Of a DNA stretch of 64,000 nucleotides, positions 12,583-26,433 are shown piece by piece. Within the stretch, counting starts at the first letter, position 1. Every line of letters begins with the position of its first letter. The position numbers and the translations under genes were made by a program. Under the pieces are notes generated by a model. That model had not been told where the DNA came from. It saw nothing but the letters and a program-made list of their open reading frames with translations, and did no database searches. Source of the DNA: Gnetum montanum (taxonomy: Eukaryota > Plantae > Gnetophyta); NCBI GenBank assembly GCA_015680685.1, contig MNCI01002737.1, forward strand, positions 66,078 to 130,077, read 5' to 3'.

Positions 12583-15500
12583 TATGGTATTAGAGAATTT
12601 TTTTAAATCATGTTGTGATATGCATGTGCTCTTTGGTTGTGTTACTTCATTAAGGTTGTTCTATTAATGGTCTCTTCAGATTGATACCTAGGTGATCTAG
12701 AATCGTATCTTTATGTATTCTTTGAAGAGTTTCCTTATGGTAATATTTTTATGCTCTTCATGACTGGGTTGATGTTATATTGCGAGCAACTGATGTATGT
12801 TGTTTTTCCTTGAGAATATATATGATTGCGGTATGGTATTGTCGTCCACTTGTTTACTTGTCGTTGGACTAGTTGTGATTTTACTTGATATGGTAGAGGA
12901 GAGTTCTATTGGCAACTCAAGAATTTTGTTGCTTAAGGAGCTCTCATCTCTAGTCTCCAGTGATTCATCTGGGATGAATCAGACCAAGTCTCGACTTCAG
13001 TTTCCACCTAGATGACATGTATCAAGATGGCATTGATTGAATTGTGTAGGATGCGATATCCTTGCACTCCCACTCACCCTAGATACAGTGAGTATGGGAA
13101 ATACAAATTGGTACATGTTGGTTCCCAAGTACCTCAAGATGGAGGGCCTTCGGACATGTGCTTTTGGTGAGCCTTATTCTGGGTGGATTAAGACCGTTGC
13201 CAATAGACTTTGTACGTTCGTGCTTGTGATTGTATGTTTGTCTATTTGTGTATGTGTGTCTTCTTGGTTGTGTTTTCAAATTCTGCATGCATGTTACCTT
13301 CGTTGTGTTTATCATTTGTAACACAAGGCTTTGTGTTCTACGCAGTGTAATGATTTGTTGTTGGGATTGTTAATGATGCATTTTGAGGCTGTTTATGCCA
13401 TCCCAAAGCCAAATGTTTGTTGTCTTGTTTTGACAACCTCTTGTGCTTGAGGCATGATTGCCCTTGTTGCTAATATTTTGTGAGTTATGCTCTCTTGTTT
13501 GAGCCATTTGTGTTGCCCTTAGATCTATGGCATCACTCTTTTGATTAGTGACATCTCTTTAGGCACTTTGATTCGAAGACTTTGGGTGTGGGTCATCCTC
13601 TTGTTGGTTCTTGTTGAGACCACACCTCTTTTGATGAGAGTCTTTCTTGTGGATGCATCCTTCTTGATGTTGCTCACCCTAGCAAGAATTGGTTTTATGG
13701 AGACTTGTTGTTGGCTAGACCTTGGTCTTCCACCTTATTTTTGAGTTGAGATAATGATTCTCTATTGCCCATGCCTCTTATGAAGGGGTTGAGATTTTGA
13801 TCCTGGTTGGAACTAGTGTTAGTGACTGGGAATGTTTGTTGTATATGAATCTTGAAATATTGAGAGTGTCCTAGCTCTCTTTGGGTGTGCCTCATGATGA
13901 ATTCGTTTGTTTGAGTGTCTCTAATTGACCCATCAATGTTTTGCATGATTGATCTCTATGCGTGTTGTTGAAGTCTTTCTCTTTATGATGTTGCGAGAGT
14001 GATATTACTCTGTTATATGATCATGCTTGATGATTGTATATGAGGCTGATGTGTTGATCATGTTCCTGCTAACTTCTCTATTTCTAAGCTTTTGTCTCAA
14101 TCTTTGTAGGCAGCATAGGTACAAAGATGCGGCTAATGGTGACCTCAGTTGATTCTATGAGCACTATGTCTATGGGGACGATATGTGCTCTTGAGGTCTT
14201 CATGAATTCATTATTTGGTCTTAGAATCCCAACATTGGGTTGTGGATTTATCGGTACCTTAGTTGTGATGAATCAACAAGTACATCATGATTTTTTTGCC
14301 TCTCTATGCTAGGTGAGCACTAATAGTTGACAGTGATCCATCCTAGACCCTATAGATATTGGGTTAGCAGATGGAATGAAATGGTATCCTTGGCCATGCT
14401 AGATACTAATGGTCCAAGAGTGGCCAATGCCTTGAGGTCCCACTATGACAGGTGGTGGATACTTAGTTGGTGTGTTCCGTTATTCAATTGTTGCTCTCAT
14501 GTCCTGAATCATTTTCATTCAATGGTAGTCTTGTAGTGTGTTCAATGCGACAGTTTTTCGTGTACGTGTAGAGACAGTGGTGCAATGGATGCAGTGTGAC
14601 AGATGATTGTGTACATTTCATGACAAAGACAAGTTTTTCTCAAAATAGCATGATGCCTTCTTTGTATGCTCCTAGTGGCCTAAACCTTTTAGCTTAGGAT
14701 GGGCTTGGGTAGATCATCCTATAGCCTTTTAGGCCTAGGTAGCACTCCCAAATACCATGTATGTGCTCACTAAATGTATTCTTATCCTTAGGTGTGTGAA
14801 ATGTAACCTTGTGATATTCTCAGTTTTGACAGTTTATGCACATCAAAGTGCTAGATGTTATTTCCCTATGTGGGTCAGTTGTCTTCTTGTTGTATGCCTA
14901 TGCCACATCCTATGACAAGGCCAAGCTTGATGTATGGTTCTATCGTGGTGCTCATTTTTGAAGTGCCTTCTCTATATGTTGTAAATGGCCTTTGTGCCTT
15001 AATGCATAATTCTTTTGAAAATCCCATGAAAAATTATCTTGTTGTGATATGGTGTTGTAATAAGTAGGCCAGGGCATGTCCTTGCCCAAGGTGCTCTTGA
15101 ACTAGTGCCATGTGTTCTTGGTGATATTGGCATGCCTTGATGATGTGTCCTTTGGTGAATGTCCTTGAGATAGGACAAGTCTTTGGAACACTTCCTCTTG
15201 GATTCCTGGACTGGCAGAAATCTCATCCATAGATGATCAATGGTGGTATGTAGCCCATAATACCAAAAAAATTGGTTTGATGTGCTTGATCTTGATAATG
15301 GATGGTTCAGGGTGGCCATGTGAATTTCAATGGCAAACTAAAATTAAAATCAAGGTGATGCTGTGATGTCTAGCTATGGAGTAGAGTTGAGTTCTCGGTA
15401 TTAGCACCTAGACTCCCTCTTCCATGCTGGATGTGATCGTGGAGTAGTTTTGCAAATGTTGGGATGGTGGTCCATCCTTGAATAAATGATGTTACAATTA

Positions 15501-18012
15501 TAGAAATTGTGACTTCTTTTGGTGGCCTTGCTTGATGGGCTTGAATGTGCTCAAAACCACTTGAGCCTATGCTCTCATGATTAGGGGCTTCTAATTTATG
15601 CATGTTGGCATGCTCTCATGACTGGTTGCTTATGATTTTTCTGAGGCCTATGATGCACTCTCATGACTTGGGACTTATTGATGCTTTTGTTGACTATGGT
15701 GTGATTTCATGACTTGGAACTCATTGTGCTTAGCAAGCTATGGTGTCTTGTTGAATCTCCCCATGTACTCTGTTCCTTATGTACACTAATGTATCACATT
15801 GTCTCTCCCTAATGTATTATCCCATGTCTGTGGTGTAATGTTAATTCATGTTAGTGTCCTCACCTCTTTCGTGGAATAGCAAGGTTGAGCACTATATTAC
15901 TTGGTGATTCTCTAATCCTATGAGGGATCATTCTCCATTTCGATGGATGTCCTCTTTAGTTCTTGAAATAATAAGGCAGGTGGTATCAAGACAGTTGTTT
16001 CCTAGTTGGGATCTAGAAGTAGTTGATGTTTGGACTTGTTCCTATCAGTGGTCACATGTTTGTGAACTCTTGGGGCTTGTTTTCAAAGATAGAATGTTGT
16101 TATCTTGGTGGAATTCATGGAACCTCCTTTGTGAGGCCATGTTGTTGATGTAGCCTAAATGTATATATCTCCCTTCTTGTAAGCAAGGCATGATCTTATG
16201 TATTTTCTCTCAGCTTTTGGGGCTCTAGAGGGACTTCCTTATTGTGGTTCTCTGGTAGACCACCCTTACTGTAAACCCTTCGAGGTTGAATCGTGTATTG
16301 TCTTGAGTTGTAGTTGATGTTGGCAAAGCCCATTCTTTGTAAAACTATCTTGAGGACCTAGTTCTCCTATGGGCGAAATGTTCTTGTTGACTTGTGTTTG
16401 TTGTTTGGGCTGAATGGTAATAGGCAGTGGTGCAGCCTTGTGCATCACAATTGTTGTAAACGGGCTTGACTAGAATGTATGAAACAAAAACCTAGATCTC
16501 CTAGGATGAAATAGAAATCCCTCTTGATAAAATTTTAAGGGATGAATTCCTTCACTCCTTGAGTTATTCTTAAGGTGGAATCGAATTTGGGTAAGACTTG
16601 TGAATCCATGTCTTCCTTCAATTGGTAACAGTTCGAAAATAAGGTTCTATTGGCTATGTGGACTACTTGGGCATGTATTATGGGTAAGGTGTAGTTGGGC
16701 TACTATACTTACCTATGGAAGAAACCTCCCAAAGAGGAGCCTTCCTTCAAGTTCAAAAATCTAATGAAAGATGTTGATCAAAAGTTGCTATCGTTCTTGA
16801 TACAGTGGGAAAATTTAGATTCTAGGAACCCTGATGTTCCTTGGAGAATTCATGATTATGGTTGCCCTCAAAGGCGACTGTATATTCTTTCTTGGACCAA
16901 GTGTTCAAAAAATGGTGCTTGTCCCATATCTCAAAGTGGGAAGGATAGCTTATAAGTTGCAAGCATGATTGATTCTTCCCCATGAATGAGACATTATGGT
17001 TGCAATCGATGATGTGCTTATGGTTAACATGAGACTTGTGTATGGAGGATTGTCCTAGGGTTGGCTACCCAACATACCCTCTACTTGTTCTAACATTTGA
17101 GCAAGCATTCTTAATGTTGGACAATTGCAAAGGTTGTTGATGATAGTTTGGACTTGTATGTTATGATAGCCTCTTGGAGAAGTTTTCCAAACAAAATTTG
17201 GATCTTATCTCTTGTTGTTGAAATTGGATAATGTTGGATGGTGAATTGAGGAATGCGATGTTGGTGTGTCTGCAGATGGCAAGGTTAAGCTCAAAAGATC
17301 TGCCATTGTACCTTGTTTGGAAGGGAGAACACACTTGACTCCCTTCATACTAGCTTGAATAGACATGATGGGAAAAATGTGCATGGTATAGATGCATGTG
17401 GATTCTGTACTTAGATGGTTGCGCTGGTGAGACCCCATGGGTCTAGATGTGAGTAGCAGAACATGGAGTTCTAACAAGCATGAGTTTCTTGCAGAGACAT
17501 GGCTCTTTTGGAGCATGTTCTCCCTCTCAGTTTGTTGTTCCCAAGTCCATTACCATGGGTAGTGGCCCTAGTAAGCCCTCAAAATCGATGATTAAAAAAA
17601 ATCAATGTGTGTTGAGATGCCATTCACAAAGGAACTTAGCTAGACTTTTGGAAGAAGAGATGTCTTATTGCATAGGTATGGGTCTATGCAAGAAGATAAG
17701 TCTCTAGACCTAAGAAGGGATGGATCTAGGGGACGCCTTAGAGATGTTGGCCCTTTGGGTTGGACTACTTCCACTTGTCACAAAGTTAGGAAAGCCTTTG
17801 GAATTCCTCCAAGTGCCCCTTGTGTTTCATGCAAGGCATTGGATGAAAGGACGTATTAGGTGTTGGGGTTGGTACCTTCCTTCAAGCCTAGTGTTAGATG
17901 AGTTGACAGATTCCCTAGAGTTGATAGATTTCCAAACCCATACTTGAAGTGTACTCTCAAAGCCATCTTAGGCTTCTCTTCAAGGATGTCGCTTCTTTGT
18001 GTGGGGGAGGAT

Positions 18013-18593
18013 TGTGAGAAATGTCCTAAGGTGGTGGTTCTCCTAGGCTCTCCCCATGGTTCAGGGGCCATGAAACACTTTGAGACACCCTTGGGTGACT
18101 CTCAAGTGTTAGAAAACCCATCTCGGCTTTGCAACACCAAGTCAATAGCATGATACCCTCCTAATGCAACTCTCTCTAAGTTCTCTTCATACTACCCTCA
18201 CGTGGAGAACTACATGGCCCTGATTCTACGATGGTCGTAGATATGTAGGAAACAAAGATTGGATAGTTCTAGTGTGGTGCCAAGCCACACCTTGTACCAA
18301 ATCATGAGGGATCTAGGGGTGAGGCACCATCCCTTGTAGATACATCATTTTTTCTTCCACTGATGTTGTCTATAAGGTTTCTTGTGTGCTTGTTTGCATG
18401 GTTCTCATTTGGAGTTAGTTATCCTCCTTGAGGTGCATTTCCATACACATATTAAGAAGCTATGTTGCTACTTGCACTCACTCTTAGGTTGCTTGTTTTC
18501 TTGAGGCGTATTCCCTAGGTCTTCTACCCTAGATCCATTGGATCTTAGAGAATTCCTTGGTGTGCTAGACAACGTCAAGGCAACATTGTTACA
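18013..18593 (+). repeat. 3' LTR (581 bp)
   Basis: TGTGAGAAATG...GTTACA, preceded by the PPT. Confidence 0.9.
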
Positions 18594-18889
18594 AAAGAAT
18601 TTTAACTCTGCATCACGCAAAAGGTACTGTGCATAAAGGTACTCTGAACCGAATTTGAAAAAGAATCAATCAATCAATGCAACATGGTAAGGCATCAGAT
18701 TGTGTTTTGGTCAAAAAGCCTACTACAACATGATAAGGGTAAGGGTATAGGCAGTGTTGTATGCATCATATTGCATCGTATAGTATCCATTGTATAACAT
18801 TTCCAAAATCTTGTATTAATCTTGTATGACCTATGGTTGGAATTTTAGAAAATGCACTAACTTTGCACTTTGTAAGACCCAGAAAATTG

Positions 18890-20330
18890 AAAGCCATAAT
18901 CAAATAAATACTTACACCACATCTCCCTAACATATATCTAATGGTAAATTATATGCTTACATAGTTATAAAAATGATCTATGGCAATGGAAATGGAAATA
19001 GAAATACTTAGTTATGTCCTTGTGAGACTACAATAGGACAAAATTTTTATTACAAAGCTTTAATATGATCATGATGAGTTTTGACATCAAGAAAATATTC
19101 CAAAATTGACACCTCCAACTCAAATAAAGGTGGCAAAGTTGTTGCCTAAATACTATATTTAAGTCTAAAAGCATTAAAGAAAGGATAATCCAAATGCTCT
19201 TCATCTTTTACTATTGCAAGTATACAATATTTGCAAATGCATTGTTCTCTTTAAAGATTAATCTATTTGTTTACTTTAATCAATAGACTATAAGATCCCA
19301 CATAAGCATGCATGATAGCCATCTTATTTTTTCTAGAAATAGCAGTAGATAAATAAGTATGATCTGTTGCAAATAAAATTACTTTTTGCCACATGGTTGT
19401 TCCCACATGTGCCCATATGCCTTTTGTCTATCCTTGTTTTCAGATCCTTAAAGCTCAAATTTAAATCTTGATCTTTAATATTCCATTTTTAAAGACATTT
19501 TATCCCATCATTAAACTATCCTTTTCCTAGATGACATTATAAACTTTTGTGGATGGGTGGACACCAAGGCTAGCAAGCATCTTATTATAAAACTATAGAA
19601 ATTTTTATACAATTGCGATTTCTATAGGTAGCATATTTTTTTTCCTAATAAAATATCATATGGAGTTTGAGCCTTTACCTGAAGTTCCTAAAATAAAAAT
19701 TATCTATAGATATATTCCAAATGTTTCTATTGTGATAGAAGTAAATTGGGTCCCCAAGTTTCACGTCCATATAATAGAACTAGTTGAACAAGTTGATTAT
19801 ACATTTGTTTACGAACATCTCATGCCCAAATATGTTCTTGTGCCCAAACATGCATATTGTTTGAAACTCTTTGATCAAATCAGTCTTTGCCAAAAATATC
19901 AATTTGAAAATGAGGTGCCTAGATACTTATATGGGGAGAAAATTTCAATTTTCTCTAACACAATATAAAAGTCATTTGCAACAAATCTTGCATCACACAC
20001 CATCATTTTGGTTTTGCTAATATTGACTTTCATCCCTGAGATAGTCATCTAGAATTTGAAGCATAAATTTTATTTAAACTTTAGTTTTTACTATAAGAAC
20101 TACATCATCAATAAACATTAAAATATCTAAGTTTAATAGAATTGAATGCAACCAAGAACATCCATTATGATGCCAAATAAGGTGGGTGAAAGTGGACATC
20201 CTTGCTTCAGCCCAATATGGGTATTTAGAAAATTTTTTTGGGATGTGTTATTATTCAAGAACATAATTTACATTGAACTATACAACTTTTGAATGGTAGA
20301 TAGAAATTCTCCAGGAATATTAATATCCTA
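18890..20330 (-). mobile_element. Second degenerate RTEX-like LINE (RT region)
   Basis: Minus strand gives IGLKQGCPLSPTLFGIIM (~20165-20220), YKYLG and YGRETWGP, the last matching the intron-4 element. Confidence 0.65.
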
Positions 20331-20334
20331 CAAC

Positions 20335-20358
20335 TATATATATATATATATATATATA
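20335..20358. repeat. (TA)12 microsatellite
   Basis: Read directly from the sequence. Confidence 0.95.
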
Positions 20359-22608
20359 TTAAAGGATGTTTTCATATTTTTTTTCATGTCAATTTGATAG
20401 TTTAAAAAAATTTAACATAAATTATATGTAAAACCACTAAAAACGTTTGAATGAATGTATATTTCCAAGTCTAGTAGGACCAATTGAAACGATCATCATT
20501 CAATTTCTTAGAGGCTTAATGCTTATTTGTCCCAACAGATCAATGGAAGGGATCATCACTCAAAGGGTTAATGGTTATATGCTCAAGCAAGATTGGATCA
20601 TCATTCAAAGGCTCAATATTTATTAGTTCAGACTAGAGCTACAAAACACATCATGGAATAGGATAGAGAATATAACATTTGGTCATTTATTTTGACAAAC
20701 TCTTACTTCTATTGGTGTGCTTTCAAAATCTCCCAGTAATAGGTAGTTTCAGAGCTACCCAAGCAGCACTACTTGTGAAGTTTTCCTTAATAATGGTGAG
20801 ACCAATCCATTCACAAAGGTAAATACAAATAACTTGAAAAATTTGCAAACAACACATAACCCTTTGATGGTAGAGGAAGGAGTCTCTTATGAGTTTGAGT
20901 TTCAACGTTTTCTTTTGGATAATGAAAAATCATCTTCAACTCTCACTAGCATTTGCAAGAGTTTATTGGTGTGAAACTTTCAAATATTACTAATAACTTT
21001 ACAATAAAAGTTACAATAAATTTTCATTTCATTAATGTGAACTTATGAAAAAAAGATCTATTAATCTTCTTACTTTTAAGTTAAATTTTTTATTTCATTA
21101 TTTTAAGCTTTCATGTTTACTTGCAAAAAGTTAAGTGAATGGCTAAACAAGTCTTTTCTCTGAATGAACTTATGGCTATACAAAAGTTAAGTGAATCCAA
21201 AAAAAAAGAGAGGAAAAAGTACAACTCTATGTAGTATAAATACCTAATTTACAAATATAAATAGGACTTTTCTCTTAATGAACTTGAGTGATACAATACC
21301 ATTCAAGGTTCTATTATCTTGGAAAATATTATTTGAAAACACTTTTTCCCTTGTTATGTGACTTGACAAGCATGTGACTAATGCCTAAAGGTAGACCTAT
21401 GGTAGTGGTAATGAAATAAATAAATAATTAATTTCTAAAAAAAATTATTTATGGGGTACCACTCAAAAGACATGTGAACAATACTTATAAGTGCTACAAT
21501 GGGATTAGCATTGGTTATTATGAGACTGGAAAGACATGTTACCCATGCTTGAAGGTGTTCCTTTAATAAATGATCAAGGTCCATAACTTAAAAATTAATT
21601 CTTAATTAATTATTTCTAATAAATCTAATGTAAGTTTCTCATTTTTCTTCATTAAGGAGTGTTGTGTTGATGTAGTGGCTAGTTGGTCTCATGGTGGTCA
21701 TCCCAAGATAGGTAGTTGTTGGACTTAGTTAAAAATCTTGACTAATAGGTATACTGATCATTTTAATCATGCATCACATAAGATCCATTATAAACATAGT
21801 AAGGTATGTCATGTTCCAATTTCCTAATCCTTGCTCATTCCATTACAACACACAGACATGGTTGAATAATGAATTTTATGGTTTGGTGTAGCATAGTATA
21901 GGATTCCAACCAAGATGATTGTGTATTGTTTGGAACAAAGGCATATTCCATATTTAACTTCTAAGATGATGAGCGGTGGAGCATCCAACACCCAAATAGA
22001 CAAGTTATGAGTATTCACGTGTGACTCGATCATAATCTATGGATGAACAATGTTGATATGCTAGTAATTGACTTAAGCTTGCAATCACTATCTTCCCACT
22101 TCAAGCTAGTGAAGTCTAAGTGTATGGTTTAGCTTATAGTGAGGAGTATGTTAAATGATGTTGTAGGGCTAGTTATGCTCCTAAGTGTAGGCGCAGTGAA
22201 AATAGAGTTAAATGCCAAATCTAACCAATAATGAAAACGTAAATCTATTTTCGCCTACAATGATGAGTATCCATTCCTGATTCATCGTACATGCCTTGAA
22301 ATCATGTAACCATTACTAGGTTGCCAAGTCAGTTCACTACTGAGTGAATCAAGTGCAATCACTACTAGGACTACCAAACAATTATACTTAAGCACTTGAA
22401 ATCAGTTGTACTCATTCTACTTTAATAACATGCAAGTAAAAATAAAGTATTAAGCTAGTAAACTAGTAGAATATATGCTAAGTAAAATAATAAACTAAGG
22501 AAATGTTACAATGATGGGAAATAGTCTCAATATTTATTGCTATCACAACTTGTGCCCAAGTACAACTTGCTTAAATAAAGAAATTGTTCAAATATCACAC
22601 ATCACACT

Positions 22609-23425
22609 TGATGGGATGTGATATTGCATGGGCTGCGATATCGTGTACATGATATCGTGTCGGCCCCTGTGATATCACATACACGATATTGCAGCCCGTC
22701 GCTAGTTCTATAAATAAGAGGCAGCTTTCCCTTGTTTGACCATCTAGATCTAGACCCTTAGCTAAACTCTGGCAATTTTACCATTCCAGAGATAGAATAA
22801 TTTCCATGTGCCCGCAGTAGGAGTCTTAAAGTGAATGGATCTTTATTTGAGCAAATTGTACCTAAGCACATATTTGTGTATGGAAATAAAGATAAACTTT
22901 TTGATAAACCTTGTAGCATGTGGAGTAAGCTAAATAGGAATTAATTAATGTTAAATGCTTAATTTCTTTCTTGGATAATTAATCTCTCTCAACCCTCAAC
23001 TCTCCTAGTTAAGTGCATTTAGTACGACCGCTTCAAGCATGTGTGTAATGCTTGGTAACCTAGTAACGAGTAGCGTTTGGTAATCCCAGTAGCATTGCAC
23101 CGGTTTAGGGTATGTATAGTAAGTGGGAATGGATACTGATGCTAGGAAAATTAGAACTTAGTTAGTTAAAGTTAGTCATTTAGTCTTTTCACCCTTCTCT
23201 CTTAACATAAGGCATTAAAAAGATAAAAGACATAAAAATCACATACCTTAGACTTACTTAACCATACAACCGTGAAAATACAAGTAAGTCTAGGAAGACA
23301 ACGATTGATTAACCTTAAGTGTTCCATTAGGGTGCATAAGCACTTAGTCTTTGGAGTTTGACCGGATCACGCATGAAATGCTCATATTCATATGGTTGAG
23401 TGTAGGGGTACCTCACCACTCATCA
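22609..23425 (+). repeat. 5' LTR (817 bp)
   Basis: Collinear with 28648..29464; contains TATAAATA. Confidence 0.93.
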
Positions 23426-24486
23426 TTGGTACCGTTGCCAAGGACTTAGTTGTTTGTGCGCTATGTAGAACATAGGAGATCATCCACATCGTTGGGAGCT
23501 AGAATGAACCCTTAGGGTTGATCAAATGAAAAAAAAATAAGATAACGGTAAACAACACACCGAATAAGACTAAAATGTCTTCTTCTTCGAACAAAAGCAC
23601 TTCACCGCCTAGGAACAACACTAGAGACTGTCGGCAGCACAACATACATAACCAAGAACTGCCAGTTCCTTGACAATTCAGTGTGGTATATATTCATAAC
23701 GATGAATATATACTCAACTTTACCTTTGTCTTCCATCAAGACGAACAACTGTGTTGGAGAGACTTGGAGGGTAACATAGTGTTACCTCCAGACAGAGCAG
23801 CCCCCAACATGCTCCTTCATGCCCTTGCATGAATTGGCATGTCACAGTTATACGTTGAGTACATTGCATGTGATTACAAATTAAGGGACTACCATCCCAC
23901 AGAAGTGCAACGTTAATGGGACTTGCAACAAGAGAGTTACTATACATCATTGAAGGGAAAATGACCCCATAATGCTTCACCCATCATAAGCAAAATTAAG
24001 GGTGGTGAACCTATTTCAATAGGTTCTCCACAAAATGATGTTCCCCCTCCTAACGATGGTGAGGAGGTGGTGTATTAGAACCTTCACTCCACAATACACA
24101 ACCTTGGTTCTGATTCCCATGAACACCAAGTGTTCAATGAGGGAACACAAACACAAGATAAGGACGAGCATTCTGATCGTCATCATGATCAAGGTCAAGA
24201 TCACCGAAGGGAAGGTAGGAAACATCGTCATGACGATGGTTCTCCTTCCTCTTCCCCTTCATCATAACATTCACCCTCTCCTTCAACACCAGGATGTAGT
24301 CATAAGCAATCTAACCGTGAGGATAAGGGTAAGCAAAATGAGAAACCTCGACGAGAGAGTTGAGAGCAAGGATGAGGGCATTCTAAAGAGTCAAGGCATG
24401 GAACAAGGGAAAGTAGGGAACTGCATAGACATCACAGACACCATGAAAGAAATGACCATGAAGAATCCTTACTTGTAACCTGAAGC

Positions 24487-25130
24487 ATGTTAGACATTAC
24501 AGAGGCCATTAGAATACCTACAAGACACCAGAAAGATAGCAGGATCAAGAGACTAGACATGAATAATATCCCACGATTTGAGGGGGGGTACAATGCTGAT
24601 CCTCAGAACCACTCACAGGAATTTCATGATGCAAGTGCCTTGCAGAATATTGAGAACAAGTGGAAAAAATTAAAGTTGTTTCCAAGGAGACACATAAAAG
24701 AAGTGGAGTACGATGCTAGAACTGTTTAATGATAAATATCAAACGTACTCTTGAGTGTCCAACCTGCAAAAGCAAATCCAAGGATGGAAGCTGGGTAATC
24801 ATAATCCCTGGATGCTACCATGGGCTGATATTATGCATTGCTACATCATTGCCTGGGCCATGGTTATGCACAATGAGATCAATTACGCTATCTCGTAGAT
24901 GGGCTTAGGCACAAAACCAGGAGAACCCTTGGAACATATGCCCAAGGGAGATTATTAGAGCTTAGGTCCCATGAGGTTCATAGATTGTTGGAGCAAGTAG
25001 CTAAGGAAGAAGAAGAGCTATGTAAGAGAGAAAGTGAAGAAGAGTATAATTGCTATCCTTCCCTCCGAAAGAGGGGAGTGAGATTCTGTGAGGAGGAGGA
25101 TGAGTCACCACTTAAAGAGTTGGTGAGTAG
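24487..25130 (+). pseudogene. Degenerate gag
   Basis: IPRFEGGYNADPQNH...KLKLFP is a Retrotrans_gag-like motif; the region has stops and frameshifts. Confidence 0.65.
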
Positions 25131-25364
25131 NNNNNNNNNNNNNNNNNNNNNNNNNNNNNNNNNNNNNNNNNNNNNNNNNNNNNNNNNNNNNNNNNNNNNN
25201 NNNNNNNNNNNNNNNNNNNNNNNNNNNNNNNNNNNNNNNNNNNNNNNNNNNNNNNNNNNNNNNNNNNNNNNNNNNNNNNNNNNNNNNNNNNNNNNNNNNN
25301 NNNNNNNNNNNNNNNNNNNNNNNNNNNNNNNNNNNNNNNNNNNNNNNNNNNNNNNNNNNNNNNN
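25131..25364. other. Assembly gap (234 N)
   Basis: Run of n characters. Confidence 1.
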
Positions 25365-25728
25365 CAACTAACCGTTAACATATTATCCAAGTGGAACTCT
25401 TCCACAACCTATTGAGCAACACCAGTAGTGGCAATACCCACAGTCATGGGGGATGCCACCACCATGGTAACTATACCCTTACCGACAACCAGATCCATAT
25501 GGCTACTATGTGCAGTAGTAAATCTCTCTAAGTGACTCTATCAATCACGCTACCCCACAACGTCACTACCAAGCTTGGGAGTACTATAAGACTCCTTCTC
25601 CTAGGAGAGACACACCACACGCATACCATCCTCTGAACCCATCCACGACTATTACATTGATAGCTCCACTACCACCTACTCCAGCTATGCAAGGGGAACT
25701 CCTCACTCAACCATAGCAATGCAATGCT

Positions 25729-26433
25729 ATGAGAGCTATAAACGTTCAACCCGCTACTAGTTCTGACAACCGTACAAGGAGAAGACCTTTCTTCAGAACC
25801 AACAGTTCAAACAAGCTCTCACAACCACAAGTGGTTGAGCCTCCAAATGTTCCTCCATCAAATAAGGGTTCAGAGCTCCCTTCAAACCAACAACAAAGCT
25901 CAACGCACATGGTTATGTTAACACATACTGTCACTAACTGGATCAAGGAGGGCCACCTTCCCAGGAAATTCTTTGATCTTGGAAGTCTCTTAATTTATCT
26001 CCAAGTCTTTGGGAATGAACCTCGTAAAGCTCTTCTGGACTCAGGTTCCAGAGTTAACTTGATATCACAAGAAATGTATAAAGCCTGGAACCTACCTCCA
26101 CTAAAGAAGAGCAATATTTTCTTAGAGCTGGCTGACCAGTCCATCACTATTCCCATGGAATTGGTGGAGGACATCGCTACCACTATGTGTGGTTGGTCAT
26201 ACCCAACTGATTTCCTAGTGATACAAGTCAACAATGACAAGGGGGACTTCCCAATAATAATGGGAAGGGCATGGCTAAGTACCGTGAATGCATGCCTAGG
26301 AATCCATGATCTTTCCCTAGAAATATCTAAGGAAAACACTTATGGAAAGATCGAGAAGAAGAAGGTTCCATGTATCACATACAGTGATACGGAGGGTGAT
26401 GGCATACAGGAATGTTTAGCATTGCCTGTATGA
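25729..26433 (+). CDS. Retroviral-type aspartic protease ORF
   Basis: ALLDSGSRVNLI catalytic motif, LELADQS, DFLVI and PIIMGRAWL (Athila-like). Confidence 0.88.
   Translation: MRAINVQPATSSDNRTRRRPFFRTNSSNKLSQPQVVEPPNVPPSNKGSELPSNQQQSSTHMVMLTHTVTNWIKEGHLPRKFFDLGSLLIYLQVFGNEPRKALLDSGSRVNLISQEMYKAWNLPPLKKSNIFLELADQSITIPMELVEDIATTMCGWSYPTDFLVIQVNNDKGDFPIIMGRAWLSTVNACLGIHDLSLEISKENTYGKIEKKKVPCITYSDTEGDGIQECLALPV

Larger units (their letters stand above)
11998..18593 (+). mobile_element. LTR retrotransposon with no recognisable gag/pol (LARD-like, non-autonomous), inserted ~735 bp upstream of the TNL ATG
   Basis: Direct repeats 11998..12582 and 18013..18593 (TG...CA). PBS tggtattagag (tRNA-Met-i like) after the left LTR; PPT gtgggggaggat before the right LTR. 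Flanks gaaaa/aaaga give only an imperfect TSD. Confidence 0.88.

Noticed and set aside
18750-18840. hAT-like end (cagtgttgta..atcgtat)
   Set aside because: No matching second TIR, TSD or transposase was found.
24985-25405. ORFs spanning poly-X
   Set aside because: They run across the assembly gap.
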